Shown piece by piece: positions 8,895 to 18,669 of a stretch of DNA of 64,000 nt. The DNA is from an uncultured Alphaproteobacteria bacterium (GTDB taxonomy: Bacteria > Pseudomonadota > Alphaproteobacteria > RF32 > CAG-239). The stretch covers positions 238,739-302,738 of the forward strand of contig CAJTJB010000001.1 of the NCBI GenBank assembly GCA_910576955.1. Reading direction: 5' to 3'. Within the stretch, counting starts at the first letter, position 1. The number at the start of each line of letters is the position of its first letter. The notes beneath the pieces were generated by a model. It was not told the origin of the DNA. It worked only from the letters and a program-made list of their open reading frames with translations, and ran no database searches. The position numbers were made by a program, and so were the translations under genes.

Positions 8895-9359
8895 TTAAAC
8901 CCGTGCAAATTTCAGAGCATCCAGCGCCCCTTGTAAAATATAAGCTGCGGCGGAGGCATCAAGAACTTTGGCACGTTTCTTACGCGACAGGTCGACTTCT
9001 TTGATTAAAAAATTTTCCACCGCCGATGAAGACAGCCGTTCGTCCCACAAGAGAATCGGCAAGGCAAAATTTTCTGCCAACACGGCGGCAAATTTGCGGA
9101 CTTCGGCGGCAATTTCCCCTTCTGCGCCATTCATTTGCAACGGCAGCCCCATCACTATTGCCCCAACTTCTTTTTCGGCAATTACGTCCTTAAGCTCTGC
9201 CAAATCTTCCTTGAGGGCTCGGCGATAAAGGATTTTGTATGACGTTGCAATGGTACGCGATAAATCAGACACAGCCAACCCCATACGCTTTGAACCATAG
9301 TCTATCCCTAAAATGGCTTTGCGCGACGGTAATTGGCTTTTAAACTCGTTTATATTCAC
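8895..9359 (-). CDS. ruvX: Holliday-junction resolvase-like YqgF/RuvX
   Basis: 154 aa with ILGIDYGSKRMGLAVSD and an RNase H-like YqgF signature. Confidence 0.88.
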   Translation of the reverse strand: MNINEFKSQLPSRKAILGIDYGSKRMGLAVSDLSRTIATSYKILYRRALKEDLAELKDVIAEKEVGAIVMGLPLQMNGAEGEIAAEVRKFAAVLAENFALPILLWDERLSSSAVENFLIKEVDLSRKKRAKVLDASAAAYILQGALDALKFARV

Positions 9360-9477
9360 TTACAGCTCCTTTTCTTGTTATATAACATACAAAAAAATTG
9401 ATGTAAACACCGATTGTTAGGGGAAAGTAAAGATTTTTATTTTATGGTGGTTTATATTAAATTATTCGGGGTTACAG

Positions 9478-10752
9478 ATGATTAAAAAAATTTTGGCACT
9501 AACATTATGCTTTATGGCGCTTTCAAGCTCGGTTTGGGCTGCTGTCAAACCCTTGGAAGAGCAGCGCAAAGAATGGGATAAATGGTTAGATAATCTAAAA
9601 GAAGAAATGATTGACAAAGGCATTTCAAAAAAAACAATTAAACGCGCCTACAAAGACGATTATTTCCACGAAGTGAAAGAGGTGGTTATTCAAGATAAAA
9701 AACAGCCGGAATTTATGCTTACCTCGGATGTTTATCTCAACCGGCTTGTTAATAAAAATAAAGTTAAACTGGCACGCAAACACTATAAAGAGTTAAAGCC
9801 CAAATATAAGAAAATCAGCGCCACATATGGCGTACCGCTTAACTATCTGATTGCATTTTGGGCGGTTGAAACGCATTTCGGCTATAATAAAGGCAAATAC
9901 CACTTAATTGACGGGCTGACAAACTTAAGCTACAAAAATCGGCGTGCAGCTTTTTTCAAACGCGAACTCTACCACGTTTTACAGATTATGGATGAATATG
10001 ATTTAAGCGGCGACAAAATGATGGGCTCTTGGGCGGGCGCTATGGGGCATTTTCAATTTATGCCCTCAACATATAACGCTTATGCGGTTGATTATGACGG
10101 CGACGGCGTGGCGGATATTTGGGACAGCTTTGACGATGCGATTGCCTCGGCAGCTAATTACCTCTCCAAACTCGGTTGGAAAGCCGACGAACCTTGGGGG
10201 CAAGAAGTGCGGCTGCCTTGGAACTTTGATTATAAGCTTGCGGGTGCAAAAAAATATAAACCGGTTAAAGAGTGGCGTAAACTCGGGATTCTTGCAGCGG
10301 ACGGCAAAAAGCTGAAACTTCCGGCAGATGCGCCGGCGGCAATTATTTTGCCGGACGGACGGCGCGGACGGGCTTATATCACGTTAAGCAATTTCCGGCG
10401 GATTATGATTTGGAACAGGTCAACAAATTATGCGTTGGCAATTGTCCGGTTAGCAGATTACATTAACTCTGACAAAGCTTTCAAAGCCTTATCAGATAAG
10501 TATATTTATAAAATTTCGGACGAAGATATTTTGGCTGTGCAGCACTTTGCGAATCGTATTTTAAAAACAAAGCTTAAAGAAGACGGCAAGTACGGTTCAA
10601 AAACTGCCGAAGCGGTCAGAAAATTGCAGAAAAAATGGAAACTGCCGCAAGACGGCGTGCCCGATTATCTGCTAATCAGCAAAATCAAGAAATATAAATC
10701 GCGGGCAGACTTTATGCCGCCGCCACAACCCCAAAAGCCACGACGCATCTAA
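9478..10752 (+). CDS. Lytic murein transglycosylase (MltB family) with a C-terminal peptidoglycan-binding domain
   Basis: Signal peptide present. Core region AFWAVETHFG ... MGHFQFMPSTY is typical of MltB/Slt family 3. The C-terminal ...DGKYGSKTAEAVRKLQKKWKLPQDGVPD resembles the PG_binding_1 domain. Confidence 0.82.
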   Translation: MIKKILALTLCFMALSSSVWAAVKPLEEQRKEWDKWLDNLKEEMIDKGISKKTIKRAYKDDYFHEVKEVVIQDKKQPEFMLTSDVYLNRLVNKNKVKLARKHYKELKPKYKKISATYGVPLNYLIAFWAVETHFGYNKGKYHLIDGLTNLSYKNRRAAFFKRELYHVLQIMDEYDLSGDKMMGSWAGAMGHFQFMPSTYNAYAVDYDGDGVADIWDSFDDAIASAANYLSKLGWKADEPWGQEVRLPWNFDYKLAGAKKYKPVKEWRKLGILAADGKKLKLPADAPAAIILPDGRRGRAYITLSNFRRIMIWNRSTNYALAIVRLADYINSDKAFKALSDKYIYKISDEDILAVQHFANRILKTKLKEDGKYGSKTAEAVRKLQKKWKLPQDGVPDYLLISKIKKYKSRADFMPPPQPQKPRRI

Positions 10753-10753
10753 T

Positions 10754-12064
10754 TTAAGTAATTTTACGCAGGATTACAGGTTGGGGTTCGGGTGCGGTTT
10801 CTCTTATATCGACAGCATTTTGTATCTGCGCAGAAACTTCTTTGATTAGGCTTTCATCTTCGGCGTGAACATAGCATAAGGGCGTTTTGCTATCTACCTT
10901 ATCGCCAATTTGGCAAAATGAAGTGAAACCGGTGGTGTAATTGATTTTTTGCTCCGGCGTGGTGCGTCCGCCACCAAGCATAATCACGCCCAAGCCGATT
11001 TGTCTGGTATCCATTGCAAAAACATAGCCGGATTTGGGTGCGTATACCGGTTTGATATATCTTGCTTGAGGCTGCTTTTTCTCATAATCTGCGAGCAATG
11101 TTTTGTCTGCACCGAGAGCCGCTGCCATTTTTTCAAACTTTTCATATGCGGCACCGGAAGATATTGCTTTGCGCAACTGTTTTTCCGCAATGTCTTTTTC
11201 TTTTGCCAAACCGCAATTTATGAGCAACTCGGCACACAGGGCGATTGTGACTTCATCCAGACGCGAATCGGGCTTTTCGCCTTTTAAATATGCCAGAGCC
11301 TCCCTTACCTCCAGAGCATTACCGACGGTTGTTCCCAAAACGCTGCTCATATCAGTCAGCAGTGCCGACGTTTTAGTTCCCGCTCCGTTAGCAACATTGG
11401 CAATAGAGTGCGCCAATTCCGAAGCGCGCTCCATATTTTCCATAAACGCCCCGTTGCCACATTTGATGTCCATTACCAAATATTGTAATCCGGCGGCTAA
11501 TTTTTTAGAAAGAATCGAGGCAGTTATTAACGGAATTGATTCAACAGTGGCGCAGACATCGCGAATCGCATAGATTTTTTTATCTGCCGGCGCTAAATCT
11601 GCCGTCTGCCCGATGATGGCACATCCGACACTTTTAACCGCTTTCCGAAAAGTTTCCATATCCACATTGGTTTGATAACCGGCAAGCGAATCGAGTTTAT
11701 CCAGCGTGCCGCCGGTATGTCCCAGCCCCCTGCCCGCTATCATCGGCACACAAGCACCGCACGCAGCCAACATCGGCGCAAGCATCAAACTGACCTTATC
11801 GCCCACACCGCCGGTTGAGTGTTTATCCACCACTGGCGCTTCCATATCTTCCCAAGACAGCTTCTCGCCGGAATCGCGCATTGCCAATGTCAACGCAAGC
11901 GTTTCGCCTTTGCTTAAGCCGTTTAGAAAAACCGCCATTGTAAAAGAGGCTGCCTGCACATCGGCAATTTCGCCGGAGCAGATGCCTTTAATAAAAAACG
12001 ATATTTCCTCGTCGGTCAGTTTTCCGCGGCTGCGGGTTTTGCGAATTATCTCCTGTGGCAGCAT
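10754..12064 (-). CDS. deoA: Thymidine / pyrimidine-nucleoside phosphorylase
   Basis: 436 aa with a glycosyltransferase family-3 signature: SGRGLGHTGGTLDKLDS and KHSTGGVGDKVSLMLAPMLAACG. Confidence 0.9.
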   Translation of the reverse strand: MLPQEIIRKTRSRGKLTDEEISFFIKGICSGEIADVQAASFTMAVFLNGLSKGETLALTLAMRDSGEKLSWEDMEAPVVDKHSTGGVGDKVSLMLAPMLAACGACVPMIAGRGLGHTGGTLDKLDSLAGYQTNVDMETFRKAVKSVGCAIIGQTADLAPADKKIYAIRDVCATVESIPLITASILSKKLAAGLQYLVMDIKCGNGAFMENMERASELAHSIANVANGAGTKTSALLTDMSSVLGTTVGNALEVREALAYLKGEKPDSRLDEVTIALCAELLINCGLAKEKDIAEKQLRKAISSGAAYEKFEKMAAALGADKTLLADYEKKQPQARYIKPVYAPKSGYVFAMDTRQIGLGVIMLGGGRTTPEQKINYTTGFTSFCQIGDKVDSKTPLCYVHAEDESLIKEVSAQIQNAVDIRETAPEPQPVILRKIT

Positions 12065-12066
12065 AG

Positions 12067-12957
12067 CTATTCCTCCCCTGTAATAAACTCCGTTAAAAGA
12101 GCAGTTAAACGTGCCGAGGCTTTGTCTGCCTCCTCCAGTGTTTCCTGATGTGACGGGGTGTTATCTACAAGCCCTGCCGCATAATTGGTAATTACGGAAA
12201 TTCCCAATATTTCCATTGAGCAATGAGCGGCGGCAATCACCTCCGGCACGGTAGACATTCCGACCGCGTCCGCACCTAACCGCCCAAAAGCGCGAACCTC
12301 TGCCGAAGTTTCAAAATTTGGTCCGAGCACCATTAAATATACGCCTTCTGCCAGTTCCAGCTGTTGTTTTTGCGCTATTTCCCGGCATTTTTGCCGCAAT
12401 TTCGGCGTATAGGCATTGTTCATTGACGGAAAACGCGGACCGTAGTTATCGTCATTTTTACCGACAAGCGGATTTTTGCCGCTGAAATTGATATGGTCTT
12501 TGATTAACATCAGCGTTCCCGGGGGCAGTGTTGTTTGCAACGAACCGGCGGCATTGGTAACAATCAGCCTTTTAACGCCCAATTCTTTCAGGATGTGGAT
12601 AACTTTGGCTATAACGGACGGCTCATGCCCCTCATACAAGTGAAAACGCCCGTTGAGGCAAATAACCTCTTTATCGCCGATAAACCCGCGGATGAGTTCG
12701 CCTTTGTGCCCGGATACCGTACTTTGCGGAAAATCGGGAATATCTTTATAAGCAACGGCTGACTTATTTTTAAGCATTGCGGCAAAACCGCTCAAACCCG
12801 ACCCCAGAATTATTGCCGTATCGGGATTTTCCGACTTTAGTTTCTGTTTGATAAAATCTGCGGCTTTTTTAATCATGGGCGAGCTCCGTTGCTTTAAAAT
12901 TATACGGCAATAAGTCTTGCAGGCGGCAGGTTTTGCGGATTTCCGACGTGTCGGCAA
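12067..12957 (-). CDS. punA: Purine nucleoside phosphorylase (PNP-I / MTAP family)
   Basis: IILGSGLSGFA, VGMSTVPE and PNP family-1 motifs. The track start is an upstream TTG; the probable ATG (MIKKAADF) is near 12875 and overlaps the cdd stop, suggesting translational coupling. Confidence 0.85.
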   Translation of the reverse strand: MPTRRKSAKPAACKTYCRIILKQRSSPMIKKAADFIKQKLKSENPDTAIILGSGLSGFAAMLKNKSAVAYKDIPDFPQSTVSGHKGELIRGFIGDKEVICLNGRFHLYEGHEPSVIAKVIHILKELGVKRLIVTNAAGSLQTTLPPGTLMLIKDHINFSGKNPLVGKNDDNYGPRFPSMNNAYTPKLRQKCREIAQKQQLELAEGVYLMVLGPNFETSAEVRAFGRLGADAVGMSTVPEVIAAAHCSMEILGISVITNYAAGLVDNTPSHQETLEEADKASARLTALLTEFITGEE

Positions 12958-13276
12958 GGTATATTAACGTGTTATCGTCTGCAAATTCGGCAATCCTTTG
13001 CAAGCACGCCCCGCAGGGATAAACCAGTTCTTTCCCGTCAGAAACAACCAGCACGGCTTTTATTTTTCTTTCTCCGGCAGCTGCCATGGCTGATATAGCC
13101 CCCGCTTCGGCACAGACGCCGCACGGAAAAGACACGTTTTCCACATTGCACGAAGCATAAACATTTCCGCTTTCTGCCAACACTGCCGCACCGACAAAAT
13201 ATTCGGAATACGGGGCATACGCATTCAACCGCGCTTTTTTTGCCGATTCAAATAATATTTGTTTTATCTCCATCAA
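12869..13276 (-). CDS. cdd: Cytidine deaminase
   Basis: 135 aa with zinc-ligand motifs CGVCAEAGAI and PCGACLQ (CDA family). TTG start, then ATG. Confidence 0.9.
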   Translation of the reverse strand: MMEIKQILFESAKKARLNAYAPYSEYFVGAAVLAESGNVYASCNVENVSFPCGVCAEAGAISAMAAAGERKIKAVLVVSDGKELVYPCGACLQRIAEFADDNTLIYLADTSEIRKTCRLQDLLPYNFKATELAHD

Positions 13277-13394
13277 TATCTCCTTTTTTAAATAATTTTA
13301 TAAAAAAATGCGGATATTATCGTTTCGTTAATTTTTTATATTATACAATGATTAAAAAATTTAGCAAAGCTTATTTTGAAGTTAGGAGAAAATC

Positions 13395-16300
13395 GTGCTA
13401 AAAAAGGTTATTATAGGTATCATTTGTTTTATTTTGCTGGCCATTGCCGGTGCGGGCATATATATCTACACACTTGATTGGAATAAGCACAAAGCTCTTG
13501 TGGCACAAAGGCTTACCCAGATTACGGGTTTAAAATCCATCATTGACGGAAACCTTAAGGTTGAGATTTTTCCGGCTCCGAAAATTATGGCAAGCCGTGT
13601 TAAGTTTTATCCAAACAATAACAGTAAGACGCCGCTGGTGGTTATTAACCAAATTACGGCAAATCTTGAATTAGCCCCGTTGATTGACAATAAGTTCATT
13701 GTGCAGTCGATGATTTTGGAGCAACCGTCTGTTAATATTGAAATTTCCGAAAAAGGCGAGTTCAACTGGAAAGATGTGGGGCAAAACAGCCACAATAAAT
13801 CCGGTAACGTCGAGATGTCTTTTGACAACGTGCGCGTTAATAATGCGACAATTGCTTATGAAAACCTGAAAGACAAGAAAGAATATAACATTCCAAACAT
13901 TTCCGCAACGGTTAACGCCCCCTCTTTGCAAGGACCTTATAAAGTTGACGGCAAATTTATCCACAACAACAGCGAGATTAAATTTAAAGGCAATATTTCG
14001 CAAAACAATAAGACTTCTTTAAATATGGCGATTGAAAACGCCGTGACGGGCTCTAAACTTGCCATTGAAGGCTCAATCGGCAATAATTCCAGAGGAACGG
14101 TCAGCTTTGACACACGCAGCCTTACAGATGTTGTTAATGTTATATTCGGCGAAAATGCGCTTAATGACAATTACAAAGAGCCGATGTTTTTCTCTTTTCA
14201 ATACAACTATACCGCCAATATTGCCAAATTAGAGAATTTCACAACCAAGTACGGAAGAAACATCACCGGAAGCGGCAGCGTTTTGCTGAATTTGAGAAAT
14301 GAAAAAAGCGTTGTAGCCGAATTTAATATGGCTCAATTTAACCTTGATGTTTTGGAAACGATTGCACGCGACTATATCAAATTTTCGCAAAATGGCGGAA
14401 AACTGGCTGATACTGCCATTTTCCCATACTCTGTTTCGTTTAAGCTGCGTTCGCCGAGCGCTTTTTACAAAAATGCGGAGGCGCAAAACTTGAATTTCGG
14501 TTTCAATCTGAACAACGGGATTCTGGATATCAACAGTTTCGGAATTGTTATGCCGGGAGAAACTTCGTTCAGGACTGCCGGAAAGGTCAAACTGGATGAA
14601 AAGCTGCAATATATCTTCAACCAGTCAATTAAAAGCGAAGATTTCAGAACCTTTGCCTCCGTTTTCGGTATTGATTTGACCAAACAAACGGCTGAAGAAA
14701 ACAAAAAATCCGTGTTTAAACGGTTAGAAACAAATATCCAATTGAAAGGCAATTTGGATAGTTTTGAGATTTACGCGCCGAAAACGCTTATCGACTCTAC
14801 GACATTGGGCTTTAATATCCGCTATGCTTTGGACGAGGGCAAAAAAATCGTTAATGCCGATATTGCCGCTTCGAAAATCATTTTTGACAAATATTTGCAA
14901 ATCGTACCCGAAAAGCTGAAAAACAGCCCGCTTAAAGATAAATTTATTTATCAGCTTAACCTCATTCCATGGGATAATGATATGTTGACAACGGCGCAGA
15001 TTTCCATTGAAGATGCCGTTTATAACAAAATTCCGATGCAGGATATCGTGTTGCAATTTGTTAAAGAACAAGATAACTTTAACATTAGAAACCTTTCTTT
15101 CAAAAACATTGCAAGTGCGCAGTTAGAAATCAAAGCCGATATTGAGAAAGCTTTTACCGAACCGCAATTTAAGGAGTTATCCTATAATATTAAGTCCGCT
15201 AACCTGCCAATCTTAACCTCCTCTCTCGGATTAGATACGCACAATATGGGATTGTTTAAACGCAAAATATTTGCCTCCCAAGGTGCTTTGGCCGGAAACT
15301 TCAATGACTTCAGTTTGAGCTCTGTTCAGAAATTCGGCGATACGGAATTTTCATTTACCGGTTTGGTGGCAAACCCAGACAAGGCAAAAGTTGCCGTTAA
15401 CGGTGATTTAGAGCTGAAAACAAATAATTTTACCAACTTTGTTAGAGCCTTAAACCTTGACTATACGCCTAATATTCCGGTTACCGCCTTTTCTGCCAAC
15501 GGAAAGATTAAAGGCAATGCCGAAATCTTTGAATTTAGCGATATAAACGCTCTCTTGGGGGCAAACAAAATCAACGGCATTATCCGCTTTGATAACAGCG
15601 CGGACAAGCCCAGACTTAAGGCAGAACTTGATTTTGACAAATTTGATGCGACACGCTGGTTTAACCTTGATAAAAACAACACGGTTAAGTATGTTTCTGA
15701 AACTGCAGACTTTATTGTATTGCCAGCTTTCAGCGCTGATAAAATCGACTATTCGCCTTTAAATAAGGTTGATTTTGACATCAAAGCACATGCAAAATCC
15801 CTTATCTACGGCAATAATTCCTATCTTGCGACAAAGGCGGATATTAAGCTTAAGAAGGGCGTTTTGAATGTGGCTTCTTTTGAAACGCAAAGCGATACCA
15901 GCACCATCAGCGGCAATTTTGTACTTGATTCCAACAATACGCCGAAAGTAAAAGGAAAATATTATGTCGCCGGCATTAAAACACCCGATATGGGCGGAAA
16001 AATTTACCGTTTATCTTCCGGAAAACTTTCGGCTAACGGTACATTTGAATCCGATGCATCCTCGGTTAAGGATTTTGTTGACAACCTCAATTCTGCCGGT
16101 ACTTTCATGCTTACTGATACAGCAATGAAAGGGTGGGATTTAGACATTATTAAATTTGACATCGAACAGAGGAAAACTACTTCCGGCTTTGAAAAATTTG
16201 TGCGTAACAGCTTAACGAGCGGTGAAAGCCCCTTTGCTAAAATCGGCGGGAAATATAGCATTAAAGACGGCAACGTAAGCGCAGACAAAGCTTTATGGCA

Positions 16301-18599
16301 GTCACCGGTGGTTGATATGTATATGCAGTTAGGCATAAACCTGAAAGACAGTACGTTTAGTGCCGTTTGCGACACTATTTACCATAACGCCTCTTTCTCG
16401 GATGTTTTGAAATTTACTTTGGACGGCAAACTCTCCCAGCCGGAACTCAAACTTGATTTGAGCGATACGCTGTCGCGTATCAGCGAGAGCGAGAAACTTG
16501 CCAATGAGGCTATTATCCGGAGAGAACAAGAAAAGAACGAAAAATTAAAAAATAAAATTACTCTGGCAGAGAAAAACTTGGAAGATGCTTTAAAAGCCGT
16601 TTCGCAGGTATCTTTGAAAGCAGCGCAGTTTAAGCCGAAATCCGGTGACAGAGCCGTTATTAGAACATATGACGATATGATTCGGACGATTCAGGGCGCA
16701 CAGCAAAAGCTTGCCGGTCTGCAGGCAAAACTCGGAGCAACTTCGGATGAAAAAGCGCTTATGGATATTGATATGGAAATAAAATCCGAACTATCTAAAT
16801 TACAATTAGCACCTAAAACACTGGAAGACAACTATATTGTTGACGGCAAGTATGTTTATGACGAAATCTTTAACAAAATTGCCTGGCTGTATGATGCCGC
16901 TTCCAACAACGCCGGTTACTTTAATGAGCTTTCCGAGGCATATGTTAACCAAATTGCTTTAATGAAAAACGGCACAGAGCCGCTTTCTGAAGAAACTGAA
17001 AACTTATTGCTGAAAAGTATTCAAAAGGTTTCTGCGGATATGGAAAGAATAAGCAAGCTCCATACTAAAATGCGCGATGACTACCTCTTTATTGTGGATA
17101 CAACAAACATTGAGGCTATGCAAGACAATAACGAAATTGCAGAGCAAGCATTAAATACCATGCTTTCATATGCAAAATCCCTCAACAAAGATATTATCAG
17201 CAGCATTGAAGGCTTTATTTCCGCCCTTGGATTGGAAACCCGCGATTATAACGATTATATGGTTTCAATTCCGGAGAAAACCGAAGATATTGACTTAACA
17301 CGCCCGACAACGGCAACACCGGCAGACAAAGAGAAAACGGAGAAAAAAGCCGAGCCTGAAGCTAAAGTTGAAGAAAAAGCACAGGCATCAGCCTCTGCCC
17401 CGCAAACTGCAAGCGTTGCCGCAGAAAGCACGCCTGTTGTCGAAGCAGCGCCTGCTCCTGCGGAGATTGCCGTTTCAGAATCTGCTGATAATAAGTCGAC
17501 TGAAGATCCGGCTGATAAAAAAAAAATTGATGATAAATTAAGCCAGCTGCAAAACATTAAAAGCAATTTGTATGAGCTTATTAATAACTTCAGGGCAGAA
17601 CAACGGGCAAAAGAAGAGATAAAGACGGCAGCAAATGTCAATTCGGGAGGTTTGTCTTCGCTTTTATCAAACATCTTAACCCCCGAACCGAGCCCGGAAA
17701 CTCCTCAAGCCGTTGCCATTGAAGCCGATGACAGCGCAGAAAAGCCCGCTGAAATTGCCGCAGTTTCTCCGGCTCCGGTAAAACAAGATGAAGTTTCTGC
17801 CCTGCCTGTGGAAATTCAATTGGTGGAATCCGGTATTCCCACTGCCTCTTTAACTAAAGATGAAGAGGCTGCTATGACCGCAAGCCTTGACCTGATGCAA
17901 AAAACGCAAACCGCCTTAAATGACATTATTGCTCATGTTAAGGCCGAAGAAGAAAAAATGCAATCTCTTCGCATTGAAGAGCCGACACCGGTTGTTGTGG
18001 CGCAAAATACCGTTGCCCCTGTTGCCGAACCCGAAAAAATCAACATAAAAGACTATACCATTGCGCAACCTGAAACCAAATCAAACCTTAAACGCAATCC
18101 GGTTATTGCGCTTAATATCGGCAAAGAATTAACCTCTTCGGCGGCTAATGAATTTAACAATCTAAACAAAAGACCTGCCTCCAAATTTAAAAAAGCGCGT
18201 TACAATGATGTTATCAAAACCTTTGCCGGAAAGTCCAAAAGCAACCGTGCGATTATGGCGCAAAATATGTTGCCAAACCGAAAAGTTGAGTCCGCTGCAA
18301 CAGCATTACCGGTAATTACCGTGCATTCTGACAATCTGGAGCCGTCTTTTGACATCAGCTATTCCTCTGTTGAACCGGAAACAGCCAAAATTTCTTTTGC
18401 AGATAACAAATATGTTTTCGCAAGCAGTTTATCCCCTCTTGACAAAGCAAGCGGCGTTATCGGAAAAAGCGCGCTTGAAAACAAAGACATTCTGCCGCAA
18501 ACAACACGTTTGAACAAATATCTTTTTGCCGCCAATGACAATAATTTTGCCAAATTAAGCGGCGTTGCCGGTAAATATTCCTCGTTAGCTGTTAAATAA
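13395..18599 (+). CDS. AsmA-family (TamB/YhdP-like) inner-membrane-anchored protein. At 1734 aa it is unusually long, with a coiled-coil and an Ala/Pro/Glu/Lys low-complexity C-terminal half.
   Basis: N-terminal TM MLKKVIIGIICFILLAIAGAGIYIY is followed by AsmA-like beta-rich region. From about residue 1000 come heptad-like stretches (LANEAIIRREQEKNEKLKNKITLAEKNLEDALKAV) and low-complexity stretches (EKKAEPEAKVEEKAQASASAPQTASVAAESTPVVEAAPAPAE). GTG start. Confidence 0.7.
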   Translation: MLKKVIIGIICFILLAIAGAGIYIYTLDWNKHKALVAQRLTQITGLKSIIDGNLKVEIFPAPKIMASRVKFYPNNNSKTPLVVINQITANLELAPLIDNKFIVQSMILEQPSVNIEISEKGEFNWKDVGQNSHNKSGNVEMSFDNVRVNNATIAYENLKDKKEYNIPNISATVNAPSLQGPYKVDGKFIHNNSEIKFKGNISQNNKTSLNMAIENAVTGSKLAIEGSIGNNSRGTVSFDTRSLTDVVNVIFGENALNDNYKEPMFFSFQYNYTANIAKLENFTTKYGRNITGSGSVLLNLRNEKSVVAEFNMAQFNLDVLETIARDYIKFSQNGGKLADTAIFPYSVSFKLRSPSAFYKNAEAQNLNFGFNLNNGILDINSFGIVMPGETSFRTAGKVKLDEKLQYIFNQSIKSEDFRTFASVFGIDLTKQTAEENKKSVFKRLETNIQLKGNLDSFEIYAPKTLIDSTTLGFNIRYALDEGKKIVNADIAASKIIFDKYLQIVPEKLKNSPLKDKFIYQLNLIPWDNDMLTTAQISIEDAVYNKIPMQDIVLQFVKEQDNFNIRNLSFKNIASAQLEIKADIEKAFTEPQFKELSYNIKSANLPILTSSLGLDTHNMGLFKRKIFASQGALAGNFNDFSLSSVQKFGDTEFSFTGLVANPDKAKVAVNGDLELKTNNFTNFVRALNLDYTPNIPVTAFSANGKIKGNAEIFEFSDINALLGANKINGIIRFDNSADKPRLKAELDFDKFDATRWFNLDKNNTVKYVSETADFIVLPAFSADKIDYSPLNKVDFDIKAHAKSLIYGNNSYLATKADIKLKKGVLNVASFETQSDTSTISGNFVLDSNNTPKVKGKYYVAGIKTPDMGGKIYRLSSGKLSANGTFESDASSVKDFVDNLNSAGTFMLTDTAMKGWDLDIIKFDIEQRKTTSGFEKFVRNSLTSGESPFAKIGGKYSIKDGNVSADKALWQSPVVDMYMQLGINLKDSTFSAVCDTIYHNASFSDVLKFTLDGKLSQPELKLDLSDTLSRISESEKLANEAIIRREQEKNEKLKNKITLAEKNLEDALKAVSQVSLKAAQFKPKSGDRAVIRTYDDMIRTIQGAQQKLAGLQAKLGATSDEKALMDIDMEIKSELSKLQLAPKTLEDNYIVDGKYVYDEIFNKIAWLYDAASNNAGYFNELSEAYVNQIALMKNGTEPLSEETENLLLKSIQKVSADMERISKLHTKMRDDYLFIVDTTNIEAMQDNNEIAEQALNTMLSYAKSLNKDIISSIEGFISALGLETRDYNDYMVSIPEKTEDIDLTRPTTATPADKEKTEKKAEPEAKVEEKAQASASAPQTASVAAESTPVVEAAPAPAEIAVSESADNKSTEDPADKKKIDDKLSQLQNIKSNLYELINNFRAEQRAKEEIKTAANVNSGGLSSLLSNILTPEPSPETPQAVAIEADDSAEKPAEIAAVSPAPVKQDEVSALPVEIQLVESGIPTASLTKDEEAAMTASLDLMQKTQTALNDIIAHVKAEEEKMQSLRIEEPTPVVVAQNTVAPVAEPEKINIKDYTIAQPETKSNLKRNPVIALNIGKELTSSAANEFNNLNKRPASKFKKARYNDVIKTFAGKSKSNRAIMAQNMLPNRKVESAATALPVITVHSDNLEPSFDISYSSVEPETAKISFADNKYVFASSLSPLDKASGVIGKSALENKDILPQTTRLNKYLFAANDNNFAKLSGVAGKYSSLAVK

Positions 18600-18669
18600 T
18601 CATCTTTGGCATTGCTTAAATAAAGTTTGTCTTATAAACTGTTTTTATAATTGAAACAGGAGATTTATT

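Noticed and set aside
10949-12083. Plus-strand ORFs of 112, 156 and 125 aa inside deoA
   Set aside because: They are antisense to a GT-family-3 phosphorylase gene with conserved motifs.
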